Part shown: positions 1 to 10,200 of the stretch, in pieces
How positions within the stretch are numbered: position 1 is the stretch's first letter
Layout of the letters: the number at the start of each line of letters is the position of its first letter
DNA from: Candidatus Latescibacterota bacterium
Lineage (GTDB): Bacteria > Latescibacterota > UBA2968 > UBA8231
DNA length: 64,000 nt
Direction of reading: 5' to 3'
Assembly (NCBI GenBank): GCA_964291625.2
Contig: OZ220089.1
Coordinates: forward strand, 3,168,001 to 3,232,000
The notes under the pieces: generated by a model
Databases searched by the model: none
What the model saw: the letters and a program-made list of their open reading frames with translations, nothing else
What the model was told of the DNA's origin: nothing
Position numbers and translations under genes: made by a program

Positions 1-649
1 GCTCGTCGGGGTCGACCTGGTGCGCGGCGTGACCTGCGCCGAGCCGTACGACTGCGAGCCCGCCGGCTCGCCGCGGTTCCACGTCGTCGCCTTCGACTAC
101 GGCATCAAGCGCAGCATCCTCCGCCGTCTGGTGGCCGAGGGCTGCCGGGTCACCGTGGTGCCCGCCGCCACCACCGCCGACGAGGCCCTCGCCCGCGAGC
201 CCGACGGCATCTTCCTGTCCAACGGCCCCGGAGATCCGCGGCCCCTGCACTACGCCATCGACACGGTCCGCGATCTCGTGGAGCGCGCCGATCGGCCCAT
301 CTTCGGCATCTGTCTGGGCCACGAGATCCTCGGCCTGGCCCTGGGCGCCGAGATCTACAAGCTCAAGTTCGGCCACCGCGGGGCCAACCAGCCCATCGAG
401 GAATCCGGCAGCGGCCGCATTCTCATCACCTCGGAGAACCACGGCTGGGGCATCCGCGGCGACAGCATACCCGATGCCCTCGAAGTCACCCGCCGCAACC
501 TCAACGATGGCTGCGTCGAGGGCATGCACCACCGCGAGCTGCCCGTGTTCTCCATCCAGTGCCACCCGGAAGCCTCCCCGGGGCCGCACGACAGCTACCA
601 CCTCTTCGGCTATTTCGCCGACCTGATGTCGCGGCGCCGCGCCGCCTGA
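1..649 (+). CDS. carA: carbamoyl-phosphate synthase small subunit (5' truncated by window edge)
   Basis: Class I glutamine amidotransferase motifs DYGIK, LSNGPGDP, GICLGH, KLKFGHRGANQP, HPEASPGPHD; frame open to window start. Confidence 0.96.
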   Translation, partial: LVGVDLVRGVTCAEPYDCEPAGSPRFHVVAFDYGIKRSILRRLVAEGCRVTVVPAATTADEALAREPDGIFLSNGPGDPRPLHYAIDTVRDLVERADRPIFGICLGHEILGLALGAEIYKLKFGHRGANQPIEESGSGRILITSENHGWGIRGDSIPDALEVTRRNLNDGCVEGMHHRELPVFSIQCHPEASPGPHDSYHLFGYFADLMSRRRAA

Positions 650-679
650 AGCCGCCCCCGCCGCCCGAAGGAGTCCGGC

Positions 680-1726
680 ATGCCCATCGTCCGGGAGGAA
701 GTCCTGCGCCCTCTCGCCTTCGACATCTTCGCCGCCACCGGGATCCCGGAGGAGGATGCCCGCATCGTGGCCGACCATCTCGTCGACAGCCACCTGGCGG
801 GACACGACTCGCACGGCACCTGGTTCATGGCGGGGTACGCCCGGCAGATGCGCAGCGGTTACGTGCCCTGGGAACAGCGGGAGGTGGTGCGCGAGAACCC
901 CTGCCTGACGATCATCGACGGCCGCGGGGCCAACGGCATCGTCGCCGTCACCCGCGCCGTCGACCTGGCGGTGGAGAAGGCCCGTGCCGCCACCTTCGGC
1001 TTCGTCGGTCTGAACTCGGTGACCCACATCGGCCGCCTGGGCGACTATCCGCCGCGCATCGCCGAGCAGGGCATGATCGGCATGGTGTGGCTCAACGGCG
1101 GCGGCCTGTTCCTGGCCCCCCACGGCAGCGCCGACCGCCGTCTCCGGCCCGAGCCGATCGCCTTCTCGGCGCCGCGCCGCGACGGTGCGCCCTTCATGCT
1201 CGACATGACCATGACCGTCGTCGCCGGCGGCAAGATCGAGCAGAAGATCGTGCGCAACGATCCACTGCCCGACGGCTGGGTCATCGACGGCAACGGCGAC
1301 TACGTCTCCGACGCCGGGCTCTACCACAGCGACGCCGCCAACAACGCCGTCCTGCCCCTCGGGGGCCTGCAGTTCGGCCACAAGGGGCACGGTCTGGCGA
1401 TGATGGTGGAGATGCTGGTGGGTCCCCTGTCGCACGCGGGGTGCACGAAGCAGGACGGCCAGGGCGGCGGCGGCGTGATGGTCCTGGCCATCGACATCTC
1501 GGCCTTCACCGCTCTCGAGGACTACGTGGAGGAGGTCGAGGCCCTCGCCGCCTGGGTGACCTCCGCCCGCCCCCTGCCCGGCTTCTCGCAGATCTACGCG
1601 CCGGGGGAGATCGAGGAGGAGACCCGCGCCCGGAGGCGAGCCGAAGGCTTCGAGATCCCCGACCCGACCTGGGAGCAGATCGCCGGTGTCGCCGCCGAGC
1701 TCGGCGTCGAGATGCCGTCCCTCTGA
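680..1726 (+). CDS. Ldh2-family (malate/L-lactate/sulfolactate/ureidoglycolate) dehydrogenase
   Basis: GHDSHG, HIGRLG, PIAFSAP, LDM, GHKGHGLAM, PGE motifs; RBS AAGGAG upstream. Confidence 0.88.
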   Translation: MPIVREEVLRPLAFDIFAATGIPEEDARIVADHLVDSHLAGHDSHGTWFMAGYARQMRSGYVPWEQREVVRENPCLTIIDGRGANGIVAVTRAVDLAVEKARAATFGFVGLNSVTHIGRLGDYPPRIAEQGMIGMVWLNGGGLFLAPHGSADRRLRPEPIAFSAPRRDGAPFMLDMTMTVVAGGKIEQKIVRNDPLPDGWVIDGNGDYVSDAGLYHSDAANNAVLPLGGLQFGHKGHGLAMMVEMLVGPLSHAGCTKQDGQGGGGVMVLAIDISAFTALEDYVEEVEALAAWVTSARPLPGFSQIYAPGEIEEETRARRRAEGFEIPDPTWEQIAGVAAELGVEMPSL

Positions 1727-1732
1727 GGGGCT

Positions 1733-4420
1733 CTACATCGACACGCCGAGCAGGCCCCGGGTGATCTGGAAGTCGGTGACGCCGCGCTCCCAGAGCCGGG
1801 GGTGCCGCTGTCGCCCCGCCACCTCGAGCAGCCGTTGCAGCAAAGCCTCCGCCCAGGGGGTGTCACCCTCCTCGAGGGCGCCGTCGAGATCCTCGCGGAA
1901 GCGGGAGATCACCTCCCCCGCGGCGCTCACCTGGAGCAGGGGGACCAGCGGATGGCCCTGCACGGGGTGCTCTCCCGCATGGGCCAGGAGGATCTCCACC
2001 CCCGTGGCCCCCAACCCCGAGAGAGACTCGGTCCAGTGTTCGATGGGCGCCTCCATCACATGGAGGCCGGGCCGGGCGGGCTTCTGGCCGTGGGCGATGG
2101 TGGGGGCCGGCGGTCCGGGCAGACCGAGGGCGGCCGCGTAGGCCGGTGAGCCGGCGAGGCCGCCCTCCGGCACCACGACGGTGCCGCCGGCGCCTGCGAT
2201 CCAGCCCGTCAGCTGCGCGAAGGCCCGCGCCGCGTCGTCGGGGATCGGTCCCGCTGACAGCAGACCCAGGCGCAGATCGGCGAGACCGGCCTCCGTCGAC
2301 GGGGGCGCCCCGAGTCCATCCAGCCGCTGCGCGAACCACTCCTCGACGCGCTCCAGCACACGCTCGATGCCGCCGTCGAGCTGGACGCTGGCGAAGCCGT
2401 AGCGGCCGCCGTCGATCCCCGCCTCGTCGAGGGCGGCGCGCATGTAGTCGTTGTGGGTCTTCTCGCAGCCGTGCTCCAGCAGCAGGGCGAGGGCCACCGA
2501 CGGATGGGTGAGGTACCCGAGCAGCGTACGGCGGTAGATCTCCTCGCTTGACCCGCCCGAGACGCCGCAGCCCTCGGTGTGGACCAGGGCCGCGAAGCGG
2601 GAGATTCCCGCCGGGGACCCCAGGCCCGCCGCGTTGAGGCGCTCGGCCGCCATGCGCGCCACCTGTCCCGAGCACAGGCTCGTGGGCAGCACCAGGCCCA
2701 GGCGGTCGAGGGCGAGGCCGTCGCCGGTGTACAGGGCCTCGAAGGAGGCCGCCGGCGGCGCCGGGGACCGGACCGCCAGGGGCTCGCCGCCGGGGGCCGG
2801 GGCCGACTGCAGCTCCGCCAGCCGGCCGGCGTCGCGCTGGGGCCAGTCGCGCCAGATCGACACCTGCGAGTGGCCCGCCTGCTCTCCCCTGGAGCGGCGG
2901 CCCGAGGAGATCTCGAGGGTGAAATCGAAGAGGGCCTGTCCCAGGGCGTCCATGGGCGCGCCGTCCTGGTAGGCGCCGGCGTTGACGTCCATGTCCTCTT
3001 CGAGCAGCTCGAAGCGCGGCGTGGTGGTGACGATCTTCACCGTCGGCACGAAGGGGAAGTTGGTGATCGAGCCGTTGCCGGTGACGAAGTAGATCAAGTT
3101 GCAGCCCGAGGCCACCTGCCCGGCGACCGACTCCAGGTCGTTGCCCGGCGAGTCCATGAACCAGAAGCCGCCGGCGGGGATCGGCTCGGAGTACTCCAGG
3201 CAGCCCTCGAGGGGCACCTCGGGATGGCGCTTCATGGCGGCGCCGATCGACTTCAGGACGATGTTGTAGAGCCCGCGGTACTTGTTGCCCCCCGATGGAT
3301 TGGCCTCGGCCGACTCGCCGTGCCAGGCGACGCGCTCCTCGAAGCGCCGCACCATCTCCAGGAAGCGCCGGGCCGTGGCCGAGTCGCGCACCCGGTGGAG
3401 CACGTACGGCTCCGCCCCGATGAGCTCGTCCGTCTCGGCCAGATTGGCGGCCCCCCCGGCGCGGATCAGCTCGCGAGCCGCCCAGGCCGCCAGGGGATTG
3501 CCGGAGACGCCGGAGAAGGCGTCGGATCCGCCGCACTGCAGGGCCAGCCGCAGCCGCGACGCCGGAAGCTCGACCCGCCGCTGCCGCGACAGGCTCTCGG
3601 TCCAGCCGCGGGCCAGCCGTTCCCCCTCGTCGAGAGAGTGGTCGAACCCGCCCTCCAGGGAGAGGAACCGATGGGGCACCTCGTCGATGGGCAGGCCCTC
3701 GCTGCGCAGGTATCCGGCCAGCAGCCGGTTGGGCACCGCCTCGGAGCCGTAGTCCACGGCGAGCAGGGCCCCCACGTTGGGGTGCACGGCGAAGCCGGCC
3801 AGGGTGCGCAGCAGCAGGTCCCGGTTGTTGGGGGTCCCGGCGCCGCCCCCCTCGGTGTGGGCCACCGCCACGACACCGTCGAAGCCATCGGTGGTCGGCG
3901 TGTCCGCCAGGCGCCGGGCCAGCAGGCGCGCATAGGCGGCGGTGCGCGAGCTGGTTCCCATGATGACGACGTAGTTGCGCGTCCCCGCCCCGCGGGGCCC
4001 CCGGTCGAAGCCGCGGAAGGTGGGTGGATCGGGGTTCAGGGGAAGCGGTGGGGCGGGCTCGAAGGCGGCCTCGTCGAGGACGTAGGGGGTGATCCGGTCC
4101 TCGAAGTTGGCCGCCGCCGGCAGCGCGAAGTCGAGGCGGCGGCCCCCCAGGGCCTCGAGCATCCCCGCGTTGCACACGTAGTCGCCGGGGTCGATGTCGC
4201 GGGTGGCGGCGCCGAAGGGCAGGCCCCAGGAGAGCAGCTCCCGCCCCCGGGGGATCGGGGCCACGGCGAAGCGGTGGCCCTCCATGAGCGTGTGGGAGAG
4301 GGTGATCTCCCCCTCCGTGGTGCCCACCCGGGTGCCGGCTTCGAGTCTTCGCGTGGCGATGCCCACGTTGTCGCCCGGGGCCGGGAGGCGGGCGACCTCC
4401 GCGAACTCGAAGGCGCTCAC
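1733..4420 (-). CDS. UxaA/GarD-family (altronate/galactarate dehydratase-like) protein: SAF domain plus duplicated catalytic-type domain, ~895 aa
   Basis: N-terminal SAF (DNVGIA...GHRFA...SWGLPFG), GTRNY, LQCGGSDAFSG, NPSGGNK, MDSPGND, FVTGNG; GTG start overlaps aroC stop (GTGA). The longer ORF-track extension is a shadow of aroC. Confidence 0.85.
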   Translation of the reverse strand: MSAFEFAEVARLPAPGDNVGIATRRLEAGTRVGTTEGEITLSHTLMEGHRFAVAPIPRGRELLSWGLPFGAATRDIDPGDYVCNAGMLEALGGRRLDFALPAAANFEDRITPYVLDEAAFEPAPPLPLNPDPPTFRGFDRGPRGAGTRNYVVIMGTSSRTAAYARLLARRLADTPTTDGFDGVVAVAHTEGGGAGTPNNRDLLLRTLAGFAVHPNVGALLAVDYGSEAVPNRLLAGYLRSEGLPIDEVPHRFLSLEGGFDHSLDEGERLARGWTESLSRQRRVELPASRLRLALQCGGSDAFSGVSGNPLAAWAARELIRAGGAANLAETDELIGAEPYVLHRVRDSATARRFLEMVRRFEERVAWHGESAEANPSGGNKYRGLYNIVLKSIGAAMKRHPEVPLEGCLEYSEPIPAGGFWFMDSPGNDLESVAGQVASGCNLIYFVTGNGSITNFPFVPTVKIVTTTPRFELLEEDMDVNAGAYQDGAPMDALGQALFDFTLEISSGRRSRGEQAGHSQVSIWRDWPQRDAGRLAELQSAPAPGGEPLAVRSPAPPAASFEALYTGDGLALDRLGLVLPTSLCSGQVARMAAERLNAAGLGSPAGISRFAALVHTEGCGVSGGSSEEIYRRTLLGYLTHPSVALALLLEHGCEKTHNDYMRAALDEAGIDGGRYGFASVQLDGGIERVLERVEEWFAQRLDGLGAPPSTEAGLADLRLGLLSAGPIPDDAARAFAQLTGWIAGAGGTVVVPEGGLAGSPAYAAALGLPGPPAPTIAHGQKPARPGLHVMEAPIEHWTESLSGLGATGVEILLAHAGEHPVQGHPLVPLLQVSAAGEVISRFREDLDGALEEGDTPWAEALLQRLLEVAGRQRHPRLWERGVTDFQITRGLLGVSM

Positions 4421-5697
4421 GAGCCCGGGCCGTCGAAGAGGCGGAAGTGGCCCTCGTCGATTCGCCCCGCCTGATGGGCGAGCACGGCATCGGCCACCTC
4501 GATGGCCATCCTCGACTCGAGGGTGACCCCGGCGCGCACCCCCACGCACGGATCGTGGCGCCCCTTGTTCAGCCGGAACTCGATCTCCTCCAGGTTCTTG
4601 CGCACCGAGTCCTGGGGCCGGGCGATGGTCGCCGTGGGCTTGAAGCCGACGCGGAAGACCAGGGGGCTGCCGGTGGTGATCCCGCCGATGAGGCCGCCGT
4701 GGTGGTTGCTCTGGTACCCGCCCGACCGGATCGGATCGTTGTTGGCGCTGCCCCGCCGCTCCACCACGTCCCGCCCGGAGCCCATCTCGCAGGACTGCAC
4801 CGCGTGCAGCCCGCCGAGGGAACCCATGAGGCGCAGCTTGAGGCTGTCGTAGAGGGGCTCCCCGACCAGGGGGGGCACGTTGACGGCCACGATCTCCAGG
4901 GCGGCGCCGACCGAGTCGCCCTCCTTGCGGGCCGCCTCGATCAGCCGCGCCGCTTCGGCCGCGAAGCCGGCGTCGATGGTTCGCAGCTCCGGCTCCTCCA
5001 GGCGCGCCTCCAGGGCCGCCGCCTCGTCGGCGCTGAGGCGCCCGTCGGCGGCCGAGTCGGCCAGCCGCTCCCCGGACTCGATCTCCCCCACCTGGCAGAT
5101 GGAGCTGTAGAAGGCGGTGCCGAAGCGCTCGGCGAGGAACCGCCGCGCCACGGCGCCGCCGATGACGTCGGAGATCGTCGACCGGTAGCTGGAGCGGCCG
5201 CCGCCGCGGGGGTCCGTGTGGCCCCCGGACTTGTGGTGCTTCACCAGATCGGTGTGCCCCGGCCGCACGTCCCCGGCCGGGCCGAGGAACTGCGCGTAGT
5301 CGGCGGAGCGCTTGGCGGCGGAAAGGACGATGGCGGCGATCGGCTCGCCGGTGGTGCGGCCGCGCTCGTAGCCCGGCGTGCGGGTCTCCTCGCCGCCGAC
5401 GCGGGTGGCCACCTCGGCGCCGCCGAGCAGGGCGTCGTGGTCGCCGTCGTAGAGGCCGGAGAGGAGGACCACCTTGTCCCCCTCCCGGCGCGGGGTGCCG
5501 AGCTTGTTGCTGCCCGGGCGCCGCCGGTCGAGCAGGGCCTGGATCCCGGCGCGGGACAGGGGCACGCCCGCCGGGCACCCGAAGACGATGGTGGTGATGC
5601 CGGGTCCGTGGGACTCGCCGGCGCCGGCGACGGCGAAATGGGCTCCCCCGAGGATTTCCACTTGGCTGCTCTCGACGATGGTGGGTAGCGCCCTCAA
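4417..5697 (-). CDS. aroC: chorismate synthase
   Basis: GESHG, RRRPG, RPGHTD, RGGGRSSYR, SNHHGGLIGGI, FKPTATI, GRHDPCV; start codon uncertain. Confidence 0.93.
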   Translation of the reverse strand: MRALPTIVESSQVEILGGAHFAVAGAGESHGPGITTIVFGCPAGVPLSRAGIQALLDRRRPGSNKLGTPRREGDKVVLLSGLYDGDHDALLGGAEVATRVGGEETRTPGYERGRTTGEPIAAIVLSAAKRSADYAQFLGPAGDVRPGHTDLVKHHKSGGHTDPRGGGRSSYRSTISDVIGGAVARRFLAERFGTAFYSSICQVGEIESGERLADSAADGRLSADEAAALEARLEEPELRTIDAGFAAEAARLIEAARKEGDSVGAALEIVAVNVPPLVGEPLYDSLKLRLMGSLGGLHAVQSCEMGSGRDVVERRGSANNDPIRSGGYQSNHHGGLIGGITTGSPLVFRVGFKPTATIARPQDSVRKNLEEIEFRLNKGRHDPCVGVRAGVTLESRMAIEVADAVLAHQAGRIDEGHFRLFDGPGS

Positions 5698-5864
5698 CGG
5701 CGGCGCAACCCTGGCAATCTAACCGCCGGAGCTGCTGCCGGCAACGGCGCCGATTGGCGTAAGTCCCGTGCCTGTCAGGGTTTACTGCACTCCATCGGAA
5801 GCTCGGACGAAGCCCTCCGGGAGCCGCGCCGGATGAATGGGGCCGGCGTGCGGGACCGCCGGGC

Positions 5865-7241
5865 TCATGGCGCGGGCTCTCCCGTGAGCCTCTCCAGGTC
5901 GGCCTCGGCCAGGGCCAGGTCGTAGCGCGTGTTGACGCGGTTGTTGCGCGCCGAGGTGAGGCCCACCTGGGCGTCGAGCACCTCCAGGAGCCGGCCCTTG
6001 CCCACCCGGTAGCGTTCCTCCGCCAGGTGCAGGTCCTCGGCCGCCAGCTCCGTCGTGCGCCGGGCGATCCGCAGGATGCGGCCGAGGCGCACCAGCTCCA
6101 GGTAGGTCGTCTCCACCGCGAGGGCCAGGTCGCGCTCCTGCTGCTCCAGGCCCAGACGCGCCGACTCCAGGCTCGAGCGGGCGCGGTCCACGTCGGCGCC
6201 GCGCAGGCCGCCATCGAAGAGCTGGTAGGTGAGGCTCATCCCGGCGTTGAGGCGGTAGTTCTGGTCGAGGTCGCCGTAGACCCGCTCGAAGACCTCGTTG
6301 TTGCGGCTGTAGCTGACGTTGGCCGACAGCCGCGGATGCCAGGCCGCCCGCCGGGCCTTCAGGTTCATCTCCGCCGAGGACCGGTTCCGCCGCGCCTGCT
6401 CCAGGCCGGGGTTCGACCTCTTCGCCCGGGTCACCAGCCCGGCCATCGTCTCCGCCTCGGCGGTCTCCGGCGGCAGGGCCGGGTCCCCGGCGAGGGGAAC
6501 CGTCTCCAGCGGCGCCGACAGGCCCCGCCCGAGCACGTGGTTCAGCGACGCCCGCGCCAGCTGGACCTGCTGCTCGGCGTTGATCAGGTCGGCCCGGGCG
6601 TTGTCGGCGGCCACCTGCAGGCGCAGCAGGTCCACCCGGGTGCCGGCCCCCACCTCGAGCCGGATCTCGGCCTCCTCCTGCCGCTTCAGGCTCAGCTTCA
6701 GGGCCTCCTCCTGCACCTCCACCAGCTCCTGGGCCTTGAGCAGGGCGTAGTAGCGCTGCTTCACCTGGTAGAGGACGTCGGCCCGGCCGGAGCGCAGGCC
6801 CAGCTCCGCGGCGGCCAGGCCCTCCCGGGCGCCGCGGTGGCCCCATCGGCGGGCGCCGCCGTCCCAGAGGGTGTGCCCGACTCCGGCGCTGAAGGAGTAG
6901 GAGCTGCGGTCGATGGCGGGGATCCGGGTCCGCTCCTCGGCGAAGAGGCGCTCCCCCGTCTCGGGGTCGATCTGGCCGGTGGGGTTCTCCTGGATGCGCA
7001 GGGACGGCCCGGTGCGCGAGCGCCCGAGGTTCACCAGCGTCGTGCTCAGCGACGGCAGGCGCTGGGCCCGCGCCGAGGCGACGTCGGCCTCCGAGCGCAG
7101 GACCTGCTGCTCGGCCTGCAGGACCTGGGTGTTGCCGTCGAGGGCGAGGTCGATGCACTGCTCGAGGGACAGCGTCTCGGCCGGCAGCGCCGCGGCCGAA
7201 GCGAGAAGCAGGAAGGCGGCTGATCGGGGGATCCGGTTCAT
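5865..7241 (-). CDS. TolC-family outer membrane efflux protein
   Basis: Signal peptide MNRIPRSAAFLLLA, LSLEQCIDLAL, two OEP repeats, ERYRVG..LLEVLDAQ; ATG overlaps upstream stop. Confidence 0.92.
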   Translation of the reverse strand: MNRIPRSAAFLLLASAAALPAETLSLEQCIDLALDGNTQVLQAEQQVLRSEADVASARAQRLPSLSTTLVNLGRSRTGPSLRIQENPTGQIDPETGERLFAEERTRIPAIDRSSYSFSAGVGHTLWDGGARRWGHRGAREGLAAAELGLRSGRADVLYQVKQRYYALLKAQELVEVQEEALKLSLKRQEEAEIRLEVGAGTRVDLLRLQVAADNARADLINAEQQVQLARASLNHVLGRGLSAPLETVPLAGDPALPPETAEAETMAGLVTRAKRSNPGLEQARRNRSSAEMNLKARRAAWHPRLSANVSYSRNNEVFERVYGDLDQNYRLNAGMSLTYQLFDGGLRGADVDRARSSLESARLGLEQQERDLALAVETTYLELVRLGRILRIARRTTELAAEDLHLAEERYRVGKGRLLEVLDAQVGLTSARNNRVNTRYDLALAEADLERLTGEPAP

Positions 7242-10200
7242 CGACTGCGTGGCTCCATGGTGGGGTTGGAGGCGCGCATCACGCGGCGCGCCCAGAGGCT
7301 GAGGTCGTCGAGCAGGGAGTAGAGGGTCGGGGCCAGCAGCAGGGTCAGCAAGGTGGAGGTGGCCAGCCCGCTGACCACCACAAGGCCGATCGGCCCCCAG
7401 CGCCGGGCGAAGCCCTCGGCCGTGCCGTAGACCATGGGCAGCACGAGGGGCATCAGGTTGAGGATCGTCGTGCCCGCCGTCATCAGGATCGGCCGCATGC
7501 GGTTCTGCCCGCCCCTCAGGATCGCCGCCCGCCGGGCCATCCCCTCGCGCCGGTACTGGTTGATGTGATCGATGAGGACGATGCCGTTGTTGACGACGAT
7601 GCCGAAGAGGATCAGCAGGCCGAGCATGGCGTTGGGGTCGAAGGCGACGTCGAGGCCCCACAGGGCGGCGGAGACGCCGATGAGCGAGAAGGGGATGGCG
7701 AACATGATGGTGAAGGGGTGGACCAGGGACTCGAAGAGAGAGGCCATGATCAGGTAGATCAGGAGGATGGCGAAGAGCAGGGTGAACAGGTTGCCCTCCG
7801 TGTCCTGGGCGTCCCAGCGGGCGGCGCGCCCGAGCTGCCACGAGTACCCCGGCGGCAGGGCCATCTCGTCCATCATCGCCTGCACCTGCGGGTTGAGCTG
7901 GTACGCGGCCTGCCGGCTGGTGGTGTTGGCGAAGACGTTCAGCGTCTGCTGGCGGTCCTCCCGCTGCAGGCTCCGGGGGGCCTCGGCGTGGGTGAAGTCG
8001 GCCAGGGCGGCCAACTGCACCGGCGTCCCGTCCTGCCCCTCGAAGGCCGTGTTCTTCAGTTGTTCGAGGTTGGCCCGGTCCTCCTCCTCCAGCTGCAGGA
8101 CCACGCCGATCTCGCGCTCCGGCGCCTTGAAGCTGGTGGTGCGCCGCGTCCCGAGGGCGGTGGAGATGGTGGAGGCCACCTCCCGCGGCGACAGGCCGTA
8201 TCCCAGGGCCTGCTCGCGGTCGACGGAGACCTGGATCTCCTCATCCCCCTCCTGCAGGTCGGTGTCGACGCTGGTGACCCCCGGCAGCCGGGTGAGCCGC
8301 GCCTGCACGTCCTCGGCCAGCACCGCCAGCACCGCCGGATCGATCCCCTTGAGCTGCACCTCCACGCCCAGGAGGTTGCCCGCCCAGCTGCGCGTCCTCC
8401 CCATCTTGTAGGTGACGCCCGCCATCTCCGGCAGCCGGCGTCGGATCGCCTGCTGCGCCTCCATCGTCGTCAGGTGGCCCTCGTCGGCGTCGACGAGCCG
8501 CGCCCGGAGCCTGCTGTTCCGCTGCCGGATCCGGGTGGACAGGGTCTCCAGGTCCAGCTCTTCGGCGTGGGCCAGCAGGTCCTGCTCGATGCGGCCCATG
8601 AGGGAGTCCACCCCCCCGAGGCTGAAGCTGCGCTCGGTCTCCACGGTGATGTCGACGCGTCGCTCCGAGGGCCAGCGCATGCCCTGCTGCTCGATGTTGA
8701 GGAACATCCAGACGCCGCCGCCCATCATGGCCAGGGCCACGGCCAGGGTCACGGCCCGGTGATCGAGGGTCCAGTCCAGCAGCCGCACGTAGGAGGCGCG
8801 CATGCCGTGGCGCCGGAAGTGCCGCAGCAGGGCGGCCACCGCCAGCAGGACGGCGCCGAGGGTGGCCGCCGTGGTCCACTCCATGTCGAGGGTGGTCTGC
8901 AGGACCCGGGCGCCCGTGGTGCGGCCCCAGGCCGCCAGGCTCTCCAGGCCGATGGTCTGGAGCTTCCAGGCCAGGGCCGCGACCAGGGCGGCGGCGACGC
9001 CGATCTTCAGCCGCCGGTCGTGGCGCGCGGCCCCGGGCCGGAACAGCCGGGACGCGGCCAGGGGGATGACGGCCAGGGCCACGACGGTGGAGACGCCCAC
9101 GGCCAGGCAGATGGTCAGCCCCGCGTCGCCCATGAAGCGCACCATCCGCGAGGAGCCCGAGCCGAGGAAGAAGAAGGGGATGAAGACGCACATGGTGGTC
9201 AGCGCCGAGGCGAGGACGGCCATGCCCACCTCGCGGGTGCCGGAGACGGCCGCCTCCACGGGGCCGGCGCCCTCCTCCTCGCGGCGCCGGAAGATCGACT
9301 CGAGGGTGACCACCGCCGGGTCGACGAGCATGCCCACCGCCAGCATGAGCCCCACCATGGAGACCATGTTGAGGGTGATGGCCGAGTCGAAGAGCTCCCG
9401 GGCGACGTAGATCCCGGTGAAGACGCAGCAGACCGAGGCGGGAATGGCCACGGCGATGGCGATGGTGCTGCGGATGCTGCGCAGGAAGAGGAAGATGATG
9501 CCCACCGCCAGCAGGCTGCCGAGCAGCGCCGTGTCCTTGAGCTTGGTGAGCTCCGCCAGGATCTGCTCCGCCCGGTCGCGGGTGATGTTGATGTCGAGCA
9601 CACCCTCGTAGCCGTCGACGATTCCCTCCAGGGCGGCGCGCACCTCCAGGGCGACGTCCACGGTGTTGTCGGTGGCGACCTTGTAGATCTCCACCTCCAC
9701 GGCCTCCCGTCCGTTGAGGCGCTCGAAGGAGGTGCGCTCCGGGTACTCGTAGCTCACCTCGCCGAGGTCGCTCAGGCGCAGGTTCCGTCCGGCCAGGGGC
9801 AGGTCGCCGATCTCCCGCGGGTCCTGGAACTCGCCGCGGACGCGGGCCAGGTAGCGGCGCCCGGCGTGGTCGACCCGCCCCAGGGAGACGTCGAGGTTGC
9901 CGGCCCGCAGCTGGCCGGCGAGGGAGGGCAGGGAGACGTCGTGGGCCTGCAGCCGCTGCTGGTCCAGCTCGATGATCAGCTGCTTCTCCTGGAGGCCGTC
10001 GATCTCGACGTTGGCCACGCCGTCGATGCGCAGCACCCGCGGCTCGACGACGTCCCGCACGATGTCGAAGAGGCGCTCGTCGGCGCCCTTCCAGGCGAGG
10101 TCGGCCTCGAGGACCGGGTAGGCCTCGTTGTTCCAGCGGAAGAGGGAGACGCGGTCCACGTCGGGGGGCAGCAGGCCCCGCACCTGGTCGACGCGGTCGC

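Noticed and set aside
4421-6214. Apparent 1493-aa fusion ORF 1733-6214, and similar long N-terminal extensions (7238-12010, 47021-49717, 57276-60014)
   Set aside because: Extensions are off-frame readings of the upstream gene; true starts sit at start/stop overlaps or nearby RBS sites
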